Part shown: in pieces, positions 1 through 8,989 of the stretch | Position numbering within the stretch: the first letter of the stretch is position 1 | How the letters are laid out: every line of letters begins with the position of its first letter | NCBI RefSeq assembly: GCF_051649505.1 | Contig: NZ_JBOFHF010000039.1 | DNA: 64,000 nucleotides | Direction: 5' to 3' (one strand) | DNA from: Cetobacterium sp. | Lineage (GTDB): Bacteria; Fusobacteriota; Fusobacteriia; Fusobacteriales; Fusobacteriaceae | The notes under the pieces: generated by a model | Told to the model about the DNA's origin: nothing | Database searches by the model: none | What the model saw: only the letters and a program-made list of their open reading frames with translations | Position numbers and translations under genes: made by a program

Positions 1-1
1 T

Positions 2-889
2 TGGTTTAAGAGGAATTTAGAAATCGGATTACCTTCAAAAAATGTTAATACAACAGCACCTCTTTTAACCTTAGTAGATCTTTGTGACAAATATGATAAC
101 AAAGAGTTTGAAGAATTGTGTATAGAGTGGGCTAACTGGTTGATGGATGAGTTACCTAAAACAAAAGAAGGTGGATTTCAACATGTGACGACCTCTTTAA
201 CAGATAGAAATGGAATCATTTTAAATGAAGAGCAAGTTTGGATAGATACTTTATTTATGATGGTTTTATTCTTAAATAAAATGGGTGTAAAGTACAGTAG
301 AGAGGATTGGATAGCTGAAAGTATATATCAAGTTTCGTTCCATATAAAATATCTTTATGAGAAAAAAAATGGATTGTTTTATCATGGGTGGAGCTTTATA
401 GAAAATAATAACTTCGGAGAGATATTCTGGTGTAGAGGAAACTCTTGGTTCACTTTAGGAGTGATAGAATTTCTAGAAAGTTGTGGAGATAAAATAGATG
501 AAGGAACGAGAAGGTTCTTCTTAACAACGTATAAAGCTCAAGTTGATAGTTTATTAAAGTTACAATCTGAAAAAGGTGGATGGCATACAGTTTTAACCGA
601 TAAAATGAGTTACTTAGAGGTATCTGGAACAGCAGGAATAGTAGCTGGAATGTATAAAGGTTTGCAATTGGGAGTGTTAGATAGCTCATATGAAGTGGCT
701 GCAAAAAAAGGATTAGAGTTTATTTTAAAAAATATAGATGAAGATGGAACAGTTTTAAATGTTTCTGGTGGAACAGGGATTGGAATGGATAAAGAGCACT
801 ATAAAAATATAATTATTGCACCTATGGCATATGGACAATCATTAACAATAGTAGCTTTAGCAGAAGCACTAAAATATTTGAAAAAATAA
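2..889 (+). CDS. GH88/GH105 unsaturated glycuronyl/rhamnogalacturonyl hydrolase (YteR/YesR-like), 5'-partial
   Basis: The frame is open from position 2 (WFKRNLEIGLPSKNVNTTAPLLTL...), so the gene begins left of the window. It carries WIDTLFM, HGW, FWCRGNSW and YLEVSGTA motifs typical of GH105. Confidence 0.85.
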   Translation, partial: WFKRNLEIGLPSKNVNTTAPLLTLVDLCDKYDNKEFEELCIEWANWLMDELPKTKEGGFQHVTTSLTDRNGIILNEEQVWIDTLFMMVLFLNKMGVKYSREDWIAESIYQVSFHIKYLYEKKNGLFYHGWSFIENNNFGEIFWCRGNSWFTLGVIEFLESCGDKIDEGTRRFFLTTYKAQVDSLLKLQSEKGGWHTVLTDKMSYLEVSGTAGIVAGMYKGLQLGVLDSSYEVAAKKGLEFILKNIDEDGTVLNVSGGTGIGMDKEHYKNIIIAPMAYGQSLTIVALAEALKYLKK

Positions 890-898
890 AAAAGGAGT

Positions 899-2062
899 AT
901 GAAAATGTTAAGTGTTAGAAAAATATATTGGCCAGCAGTTAATATAGTAGGTCCAGGAGCTTTAAAAGAAGGAATTCAAGAGTTAGTAAATATGAATCTA
1001 GGAAAAGCATTGATTGTAACAGATGATGGAATTGTTGGAATTGGAATAATTTCTAAATTAACTGAAGAGTTAGATAGATTAGGCGTAGAATACTCTATTT
1101 TTTCAAAAGTAAATCCCAATCCAACTGTAAAAAATGTAAATGATGGCTTGAAAATTTTGAAAAAAGAAAGTTGTGATTTTATAATTTCTGTTGGAGGGGG
1201 ATCGCCTCAGGATGCGGCTAAAGCAATTGGAATTTTAGCTACTAATGGTGGAGATATTAGAGATTATAACGGTATTTTTTTATCAAAACATAAATCTCTA
1301 CCAATAGTTGCAATTAACACAACATCTGGAACAGCTTCAGAAGTTACAATTAACTATGTAATAACAGATGAAGAGAAAAAAATAAAGATGGTAATGGTTG
1401 ATGCAAATTCATTGGCTACAATTTCAATAAATGATCCAGAGCTGATGATTAAAAAACCAAAAGGATTAACAGCAGCAACTGGAATGGATGCTTTAACTCA
1501 TGCTATAGAAGCATATACAACAGTTGGAGCATATAGAATGACGGATGCCTTAACATTAGAATCGATAAAAATGATTGGAGAATCGTTAGTGGATGCTGTT
1601 GAAAATGGAGAGAATTTAGAGGCTAGATCAAAAATGGCTTGGGGGTCATTTGTAGCTGGTTTAGGATTCTCAAATTGTGGATTAGGAGTAGTGCATTCAA
1701 TGGCTCATCAACTGGGATCTGAATACGATTTACCTCACGGAGTAGCAAATGCAATACTATTACCAGAGGTTGTGGAATACAATCTTTCATCTAATTATAA
1801 AAAATTTAAAGAGATTGCAGCAGCTTTAGGAAAAAATGTAGGTTGTTTAAGAGATGAAGATGGAGCTAGATTAGCGGTTGAAGCAATTAGAGAGCTTTCA
1901 GAAAGAATAGCAATTCCTAAACTAAAGGATACAGCTTTCAATATTATTGATTTAGATAAATTATCAAGTCAAGCTTTTAATGATATCTGTACAGGTGGAA
2001 ATCCAAAAGAGGTATCTCCTGAGATAATAAAAGAGATTTATTTAAAGGCATATAACGCATAG
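899..2062 (+). CDS. Iron-containing alcohol dehydrogenase (lactaldehyde reductase/propanediol oxidoreductase-like)
   Basis: GGGSPQD, TTSGTASE, GMDALTHAIE and HSMAH...HGVANA Fe-ADH motifs. Confidence 0.9.
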   Translation: MKMLSVRKIYWPAVNIVGPGALKEGIQELVNMNLGKALIVTDDGIVGIGIISKLTEELDRLGVEYSIFSKVNPNPTVKNVNDGLKILKKESCDFIISVGGGSPQDAAKAIGILATNGGDIRDYNGIFLSKHKSLPIVAINTTSGTASEVTINYVITDEEKKIKMVMVDANSLATISINDPELMIKKPKGLTAATGMDALTHAIEAYTTVGAYRMTDALTLESIKMIGESLVDAVENGENLEARSKMAWGSFVAGLGFSNCGLGVVHSMAHQLGSEYDLPHGVANAILLPEVVEYNLSSNYKKFKEIAAALGKNVGCLRDEDGARLAVEAIRELSERIAIPKLKDTAFNIIDLDKLSSQAFNDICTGGNPKEVSPEIIKEIYLKAYNA

Positions 2063-2083
2063 TGAAAAGTGAAGAAATGATTT

Positions 2084-2116
2084 AAAAAGAGAGGTAGGTT
2101 AAACCTCTCTTTTTTT
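2084..2116 (+). terminator. Rho-independent terminator
   Basis: AAAAAGAGAGGT/ACCTCTCTTTTT stem followed by a T-run just after the ADH stop. Confidence 0.85.
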
Positions 2117-2147
2117 GTATAACAAATAAAAAGAAGAGGAGGAAAAA

Positions 2148-3365
2148 ATGAAAAGCTTAAAAATAATGAAATTGATATATAAAATTCATAGAAATAAACC
2201 ACCTAAATTAGAAGAGATAGAGAAAATGGGATTATTAGCTGTAAAGATATCTCAATACTATGCTTTGAGAGCTGATTTTATAGATGAGAAAACTTGTGTG
2301 TATCTATCTAAACTATACGAATATAGTTATAGTGCTCAAAAGAGAGAGATAGATTTAGCAATTAATAAAGATGAATGGATTTTAGATGCTTTAGAATCTT
2401 ATGAAAACTTACCATTTTCATCAGCGTCTATTGGACAAGTTCATATTGGACATTTAAGAGGGAATAATAAAGAGCGAAAAAAAGTAGCTATAAAAATTCG
2501 GAAGGATAATTTTAAAGAGAGTTTTTTAAAAGATATAGAGAATGCAAAAAAAATAGCAAATATAATTCTATTCTTTTATCCAAAATTGAAAAAGGTTTTT
2601 AATCCTTTAGAGGTTTTAGAAAATATAGAGGATGGGACTTTAAAGGAGCTGGATTTTTTAAACGAAGTTGAAGGAGCAAACTATCTTAGAAGATTAAGAA
2701 ATGAAAATAGTGAGAAGTTTGATTTGGAGAACTTGTATTTTTCAAATTTTGTAGAGTCTTTATGTAGTGAGAGGGTTGTTGTTTCAAACTTTGTAGAGGG
2801 AAAAAGTTTTAATATACTTTTAAAAGAAGGGAAATTAAATTACTCAGAACTTTTGAAACTTTTTAAATATCATACATTTTTTATGTTTAAACTAGGTGTT
2901 TTTCACGGTGATTTACATCCTGGAAATATTATTTTAGGAGAGAATGGAGAGATAACTTTAATTGATTGTTCAACTATAGGCAAAGTAAAATCTAAGTTGA
3001 GAAAAGGGTTATTTGGATTTTTTTATTATCTTTCGAGATACGATTATGATAAAGCGGCTTTTTATTTAAATGAGATGTCGGAAAAAAGATTGAATCAGAA
3101 AGATTTTGGAAAGTTCTCTGAAAAATTCAAAGCTCTTTACAGTGATTTTAAAGATAGCAATGTTTCTCAGGTGAGTTTAACGAAACGTATGATGGAGACG
3201 ATAAAACTTTCTATAAATTCTGGAATGGAGTTTGAAGAGGGGATGTTTCACGTTATTAAAAGTCTTATGTATTTAGATGGTATGGTTTTGAAATGTAATC
3301 CAGAAGTTAATTTAATGAATGATATAAGAGAGTTTACAGAGTTGTTAAAAAGCGAGTTGAATTAA
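2148..3365 (+). CDS. ABC1/UbiB (AarF) family atypical kinase
   Basis: KISQ (KxGQ-like), SASIGQVH, VAIK, ELDF..E, HGDLHPGN motifs. Confidence 0.85.
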   Translation: MKSLKIMKLIYKIHRNKPPKLEEIEKMGLLAVKISQYYALRADFIDEKTCVYLSKLYEYSYSAQKREIDLAINKDEWILDALESYENLPFSSASIGQVHIGHLRGNNKERKKVAIKIRKDNFKESFLKDIENAKKIANIILFFYPKLKKVFNPLEVLENIEDGTLKELDFLNEVEGANYLRRLRNENSEKFDLENLYFSNFVESLCSERVVVSNFVEGKSFNILLKEGKLNYSELLKLFKYHTFFMFKLGVFHGDLHPGNIILGENGEITLIDCSTIGKVKSKLRKGLFGFFYYLSRYDYDKAAFYLNEMSEKRLNQKDFGKFSEKFKALYSDFKDSNVSQVSLTKRMMETIKLSINSGMEFEEGMFHVIKSLMYLDGMVLKCNPEVNLMNDIREFTELLKSELN

Positions 3366-3404
3366 AAAAGTGGCTATTCGATGATTTGAATAGCCACTTT
3401 GTTT
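3364..3404. terminator. Bidirectional terminator between convergent genes
   Basis: AAAGTGGCTATTC/GAATAGCCACTTT 13-bp stem with an A-run before and a T-rich run after. Confidence 0.85.
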
Positions 3405-3415
3405 ATTAAATTTTT

Positions 3416-3967
3416 TTAGTTAAGTGATTCTCCAAGCTCTTTTAAAAGAGATAGAGTTTCATTTTGAGCTGATAAGTCGTTCGGGTTATGAGCTGAGATA
3501 GCCTCATCAATAAAGAACTCCCATCCAAGGTATTCACAGATACATCTAAATTGTGAAGAGATAATTTTATACTGTTCAGCACCGATTTCGTCAGCACCAA
3601 CAGAGATAAGTCCAACTCTTTTTTTCTTATCAGTCAATTCAGTGTCGTGGGCTTTTGAATACATCTTGTCGATTAAGGCTTTAAGTTGAGCTGAGATTCC
3701 CCACCAGTATACAGGTGAACCGAAAATAAGAGTATCTGCATCAACAATCTTTTGAACTAACTCGTTAGTATTATCGTTCATAAAACACTTTCCACCGTTT
3801 CTTTTGCAAGAATCGCAAGCTATGCAGCCAGCTACGTTGAACTTCGTAACATCAATAAATTCAACTTCACTTTTTGTTTTATCAATTTGTTCCTCTAAAG
3901 TTTTTAGAGCAAAATGAGTATTTCCTTTTAATCTTGGACTTCCGTTTAAAAATAGTATTTTTTCCAT
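3416..3967 (-). CDS. Iron-sulfur flavoprotein / NADPH-dependent FMN reductase family
   Basis: GSPRLKGNT, CIACDSC...C cluster motif, GSPVYW flavodoxin-fold motif. Confidence 0.85.
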   Translation of the reverse strand: MEKILFLNGSPRLKGNTHFALKTLEEQIDKTKSEVEFIDVTKFNVAGCIACDSCKRNGGKCFMNDNTNELVQKIVDADTLIFGSPVYWWGISAQLKALIDKMYSKAHDTELTDKKKRVGLISVGADEIGAEQYKIISSQFRCICEYLGWEFFIDEAISAHNPNDLSAQNETLSLLKELGESLN

Positions 3968-4172
3968 TTCAACCTCCTAAAATAAGATACCACAGTATAC
4001 AACTTAGAGTTAGCTATAAGGCAAGAGATTTTTTTGAATCTAACAGTTCAGTTTACATGAATAATAGAAAATGATAAACTATAAGAAAAAATGAGAGGGG
4101 CGGATTGAATTGAGAGATATACTTCAAAGTTATTCAGAGGATTTGGAAGAGTTTATAAAAACTAGAAAATAG

Positions 4173-7067
4173 TTGGGGGATGCTATGAGATATGAATTTA
4201 TAAGTAATACTAATTTTGAGAGCAATAAAAATTTATATAGATATTTAGAAGAGGGGTTTCAAGATGCAAAGGAGTTTTTCTTTTCAGTTGCATTTATAAA
4301 TTTTGCGGGAGTACAGATACTTTTAGATGTTTTGAAAAAAACAGAAAATTCAGACATTAAAGGTAGAATTTTAACAACAAACTATCTACATTTTACAGAA
4401 CTTAAAGCAGTCCAATACCTAAAAAGATTTAAAAATATAGAAGTGAAATTTTTTGATAGCGATAAGATGGAAGGCTTTCATACAAAGGGATATGTGTTTG
4501 AATATGAAGATAGTTATAAAGCGATAATAGGTTCATCTAATCTCACGAAAAGTGGTCTTAAAAGTAATATAGAGTGGAATACAGGAGTAGTAACTCCTAA
4601 AGGAAGTGAATTTATAACGGGAATATTAAATGAATTCAATTACCTTTGGGAAAAAGCAGTTGAAAATGTAAATCCATATTTAGTTTCATATGTTAAAAAG
4701 CAAGAGAAAGTTGTAAAAAAAGTCCAGAAAAACGAGTATTTAATGGCAGCTGAAGATCATGAGTTTGGAATCTATGACGAATGCGAGATAGAACCTAACT
4801 ATATGCAAAAAGAAGCCTTGAAAAACTTAGAGGATTTAAGGGTTTATAAAGAGAAAAGAGCACTGTGTATAGCGGCTACCGGAACAGGAAAAACATATCT
4901 AGGAGCTTTTGATGTGAGAGCATTTAAAGCTAAACGACTTCTTTTTGTTGTTCATAACGAGGAGATATTAAACTCAGCTATAGCTACTTTTAAAAAGGTT
5001 TTGCCGAATAAAACTATGGGGAAGTTCACAGGAAATTTTAAAAATAGTGATAGAGATTATGTTTTTGCTACAGTTCAAACTTTGAGTTTAAGATACTCTG
5101 AATTTCATGAAAAAGAGTTTGATTACATAATAGTTGATGAGGCTCATCATATAACAGCGAAGAGCTATGAACCTATTTTGAATTACTTTAAACCTCAATT
5201 TTTATTAGGATTAACAGCTACCCCAGAAAGATGTGACGGTGGAAATATATATGAAGTTTTCGATATGAATGTTCCTGTTGAGATACGTTTACAGGAAGCT
5301 TTAGATAAAGAGTTAGTTGTACCATTTCATTATTATGGGATAAAAGATATAGAGGAAGTTGATTTATCAAAGGTAGATTTAAATGATATATCTGCAGTTG
5401 CTAGAATTTTAAATACAGAGAGACGTGTTGATTTTATAATAGAGAAAATGAATTTCTATGGATATAGTGGAGAGAAAAGGAAAACAGTCGGTTTTTGTAT
5501 ATCAGTAGAACATGCAGAGTTTATGGCTAGTCAGTTTGTTCAAAAGGGAATAAAAGCTGTCTCGATTACAGGAACAGATAGTAAGGATACTAGAGATCGA
5601 GTTCTAAAAAGTTTTAGAGAAAGTGATGATTTAGAAGTTATATTTACGGTAAATCTATTCAATGAAGGAGTAGATATCCCGTGTATAAATAGTATTTTAA
5701 TGCTAAGGCCAACAGCTTCACCAATTATTTTTACTCAACAACTTGGAAGAGGTCTTAGACACTCTGAAAATAAAGAGTTTCTAACAGTTATAGATTTCAT
5801 AGGAAATCACTCGAGAGCTTTTTTAATAGCCTTAGCTTTGATTGGTAAAAAAGGCTATGATAAAGAGAGTGTAAAGATAGCGGTAAAAAGAGATTTTGAT
5901 AACTTATCAAAGTTTGTTCATATAAAAATGGATGAGATTTGTAAAGAGGAGATTTTAAAACAGCTCGATAATCAGAATTTTAATAGTTTAAAATATCTGA
6001 AAGAGGAGTACAAAGAGTTTAAAGATATTTTACAAGGTAGAGTCCCAATGCCAATAAATTTTACTCAGTATGAAGAAGCACCAGTTTTCTATAAATACTC
6101 AAAACTTCAAAAATCTTATTTAGATTTTTTGGAGAAAATAAAAGAACCTATTTTTGAAAGAACTGAAAATCAAAAAGTTGTAATAAGAGAGTTTGAAAGA
6201 ATGTTGCCTATAAAAAGAGTTCATGAGTTCGTAATAGCTCACGAGATTATATCAAAAGTTAAGTTACTAAAAGAGGATGAGATAAAAATCTTAGGAAAAT
6301 ATATTGATGTGATATCTTTGAAACATACAAAAGTTACTTTAAACCACGCTAAAGATTTTCTATGTGGAGATTATTCAGATTCTAGTGATTTAAAAAGATG
6401 TGAGCCCTTATTCTTAAGAAAAGGCGACTCTATTGAAATGAGTGAAGTTTTAAAAGAGGTTTTAAAATCTAAAGAGATTAAAGATTACATTCTTCAAATT
6501 TTAGACTATGGACTTTTGAAATATAGTGAAATTTTTGGTAAAAAAGATTATGGATTCCCGTTTTTAAAATTGTATGAAAACTATAATATGAAAGATGTTG
6601 CGTTAATTTGTAACTATGAAAAAAAGCATAGTGCTTTTAGGGGAAGTGGATTATTAACAAATGGTAATGATTATTTTTTATTTGTAGAATTACATAAAGA
6701 TGAGGATATAAAAGAAAGTATAAAATATAATGATAAGATATTGGATAGATATCACTTCCAATGGGAGAGTCCAAACTCAACAAAAGTTGAGAGTGAGAGA
6801 GGACAAAATATAGTTAGAAATAGAGAACGTGGAATAAATTTACATATATTTTTAAGAAAGATTAAAGAGATTGATGGAAAGATTCAGCCATATATCTATA
6901 TTGGAAAAGGTGACACTGTAGATTATAGTGGTGAAAAACCAATTAGAACAAAGTTGAAGTTAGAGAATCCACTTTCAAAAGAGATGTATGTTGAGTTGAC
7001 AGAAAGAGTAGAGCGTTACTTAGAAGTCGCTGAAAAGAAAAAGTTGGAGAATAGGAGAGAGATATGA
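4173..7067 (+). CDS. PLD-nuclease / SF2 helicase / DUF3427 protein, SauUSI-like putative type IV (modification-dependent) restriction enzyme; start may be the ATG at 4185
   Basis: N-terminal FHTKGY...GSSNLT (HxK/GSxN PLD motif), ATGTGKT, DEAHH, TATPER, QQLGRGLR, and a C-terminal Y.D......F.WES DUF3427-type segment. Confidence 0.75.
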   Translation: MGDAMRYEFISNTNFESNKNLYRYLEEGFQDAKEFFFSVAFINFAGVQILLDVLKKTENSDIKGRILTTNYLHFTELKAVQYLKRFKNIEVKFFDSDKMEGFHTKGYVFEYEDSYKAIIGSSNLTKSGLKSNIEWNTGVVTPKGSEFITGILNEFNYLWEKAVENVNPYLVSYVKKQEKVVKKVQKNEYLMAAEDHEFGIYDECEIEPNYMQKEALKNLEDLRVYKEKRALCIAATGTGKTYLGAFDVRAFKAKRLLFVVHNEEILNSAIATFKKVLPNKTMGKFTGNFKNSDRDYVFATVQTLSLRYSEFHEKEFDYIIVDEAHHITAKSYEPILNYFKPQFLLGLTATPERCDGGNIYEVFDMNVPVEIRLQEALDKELVVPFHYYGIKDIEEVDLSKVDLNDISAVARILNTERRVDFIIEKMNFYGYSGEKRKTVGFCISVEHAEFMASQFVQKGIKAVSITGTDSKDTRDRVLKSFRESDDLEVIFTVNLFNEGVDIPCINSILMLRPTASPIIFTQQLGRGLRHSENKEFLTVIDFIGNHSRAFLIALALIGKKGYDKESVKIAVKRDFDNLSKFVHIKMDEICKEEILKQLDNQNFNSLKYLKEEYKEFKDILQGRVPMPINFTQYEEAPVFYKYSKLQKSYLDFLEKIKEPIFERTENQKVVIREFERMLPIKRVHEFVIAHEIISKVKLLKEDEIKILGKYIDVISLKHTKVTLNHAKDFLCGDYSDSSDLKRCEPLFLRKGDSIEMSEVLKEVLKSKEIKDYILQILDYGLLKYSEIFGKKDYGFPFLKLYENYNMKDVALICNYEKKHSAFRGSGLLTNGNDYFLFVELHKDEDIKESIKYNDKILDRYHFQWESPNSTKVESERGQNIVRNRERGINLHIFLRKIKEIDGKIQPYIYIGKGDTVDYSGEKPIRTKLKLENPLSKEMYVELTERVERYLEVAEKKKLENRREI

Positions 7068-7507
7068 AAAAAACTATCTATGTGGTAGGTGCAATTTTAG
7101 AAAATCAGAATGGTGAGATATTTTGTGCTATGAGACCAGAGGATAAGACGTTTCCTGGACTATGGGAGTTTCCTGGCGGTAAGATAGAGGAAGAAGAGGA
7201 CCCGAAAGAGGCTTTGAGAAGAGAGATAGAGGAGGAACTAAATATCTCTATTAAAGTTGGTGAGCTATTCGATGTGGTAGAGAAGGAGTATGAAAAGTTT
7301 ATTATAAATCTAACTACTTATAGTTGTGACATTCTAGATTTTACTAACTTTGAGTTAGTTGAACACCAAGAGTTTAAATGGTTAAAAAGAGAGGAGTTAC
7401 AAAACTTAGAGTGGGTACCAACAGATATTCCTACGTTAGAAAAGTTAGTAAAAAATTCAAAAGAGGCTGTATATAAAAAGTTAAATCAATTGAATTTTAG
7501 AGAATAA
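7064..7507 (+). CDS. NUDIX hydrolase (MutT-like)
   Basis: WEFPGGKIEEEEDPKEALRREIEEEL Nudix box; ATGA overlap with the upstream stop. Confidence 0.9.
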   Translation: MKKTIYVVGAILENQNGEIFCAMRPEDKTFPGLWEFPGGKIEEEEDPKEALRREIEEELNISIKVGELFDVVEKEYEKFIINLTTYSCDILDFTNFELVEHQEFKWLKREELQNLEWVPTDIPTLEKLVKNSKEAVYKKLNQLNFRE

Positions 7508-7535
7508 AATGATGTGAGAGAAGTTTTTAAAATTT

Positions 7536-7575
7536 AAAAGCTATAGGGATTTTGATATCCCTATAGCTTTTTCTT
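7536..7575. terminator. Bidirectional terminator
   Basis: AAAAGCTATAGGGAT/ATCCCTATAGCTTTT 15-bp stem between the convergent NUDIX and argH genes. Confidence 0.85.
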
Positions 7576-8989
7576 AAAATATATCGTTTAATCTATAGTT
7601 AATAAGATCTATTTTGGCCCCCGCGATAAATCTATTTAAATCTTCTAGATGAGATAACAAACTATCTTTACTAGGTCCACCTAAGGACTTTCTTTTTTGT
7701 ACACACGTTTTAATAGCTATATTTTCATATATATCCCCGCTAAAAATATATGAAAACTCTTTGTACTTCTCTAAAGAAAGAGTTTCTAGATTTAAATCGT
7801 TTTGAATACAATAGCTCACAATTGCCCCCGTTATTTTGTAAGCCTCTCTAAAACTCATTCCTCTCACAGTCAGATAATCAGCAACATCAGTCGCATTTAT
7901 AAAACCATCATTACATGCTAAAAGTAAAACCTCATCTTTCACTTTTAGAGTTTTAACCATTCCAACAAATACCTGTAAACATCCTTTGACAGTATCTACA
8001 GCATCAAAGAAAGCCTCTTTATCCTCTTGCATATCTTTATTGTATGCCAAAGGAATCCCTTTCATAGTAGTTAAAAGTGCCATCAAATCACCATAAACTC
8101 TACCTGTTTTCCCCCTAACTAGTTCGGCTGCATCTGGATTTTTCTTTTGTGGCATAATGCTGCTTCCTGTTGAGAAAGAGTCACTTAATTCAATATATCC
8201 ATAGTCATTTGAGCTATAGATTATAATTTCCTCTGAGAATCTAGAAAGATGCATCATAATAATAGAAAGTCCTGACATAATCTCAATCAGATAATCTCTG
8301 TCACTAACTCCATCTAAAGAGTTTAAAGTAGGTCCTTTAAAACCTAGAATTGCAGCTGTAAACTCTCTATCTATTGGATAAGTTGTTCCTGCAAGAGCAG
8401 CACTTCCAAGAGGAGAGAAATCCATAAGCTCAGCAGCATTTTCTAGACGCTTGAAGTCTCTTTTAAACATCTCTGAGTATGCAAACATATAGTGTCCAAA
8501 AGATATGGGTTGAGCTTTTTGAAGATGGGTAAACCCAGGCATATATGTTTCAAAGTTTTTCTCTCCAAGCTCTGTTGTAACCTCAATCAACTCTAAAAGA
8601 AATGATTGAATCTTTTTAACTTCATCCTTTGCAAAGAGCCTCATATCAACTGCAACTTGGTCATTTCTACTACGTCCAGTATGTAGCTTTTTTCCAACAT
8701 CCCCTATTCTATCAATTAGAATTTTCTCAATATTCATATGAATATCTTCGTAAGTTGTACAAAACTCAACTTCACCTCTTTCAATACTTTCTAAAATCTC
8801 GATTAAAGTTTTCTCTATAAGCTCTCCATCCTCTTTTGAAATAATCTCCATTTTAGATAGCCCTCTGACATGAGCGATGCTTCCCATAATGTCATATCTA
8901 TATAGTCTTTTATCAAAGTGTATCGACGAGTGAAAATCTAGGATTAAATCACTTGCTGCTTCTTTGAATCTTCCTGAAAAGTACTGCAT
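7574..8989 (-). CDS. argH: Argininosuccinate lyase
   Basis: HTGRSRNDQ, PGFTHLQKAQP and the GSSIMPQKKNPD signature. Confidence 0.97.
   Translation of the reverse strand: MQYFSGRFKEAASDLILDFHSSIHFDKRLYRYDIMGSIAHVRGLSKMEIISKEDGELIEKTLIEILESIERGEVEFCTTYEDIHMNIEKILIDRIGDVGKKLHTGRSRNDQVAVDMRLFAKDEVKKIQSFLLELIEVTTELGEKNFETYMPGFTHLQKAQPISFGHYMFAYSEMFKRDFKRLENAAELMDFSPLGSAALAGTTYPIDREFTAAILGFKGPTLNSLDGVSDRDYLIEIMSGLSIIMMHLSRFSEEIIIYSSNDYGYIELSDSFSTGSSIMPQKKNPDAAELVRGKTGRVYGDLMALLTTMKGIPLAYNKDMQEDKEAFFDAVDTVKGCLQVFVGMVKTLKVKDEVLLLACNDGFINATDVADYLTVRGMSFREAYKITGAIVSYCIQNDLNLETLSLEKYKEFSYIFSGDIYENIAIKTCVQKRKSLGGPSKDSLLSHLEDLNRFIAGAKIDLINYRLNDIF

Noticed and set aside
4091-4165. Small ORF MRGRIELRDILQSYSEEFGRVYKN upstream of the PLD-helicase
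   Set aside because: No recognisable motif. It cannot be joined to the helicase frame, which has a stop at 4170-4172.
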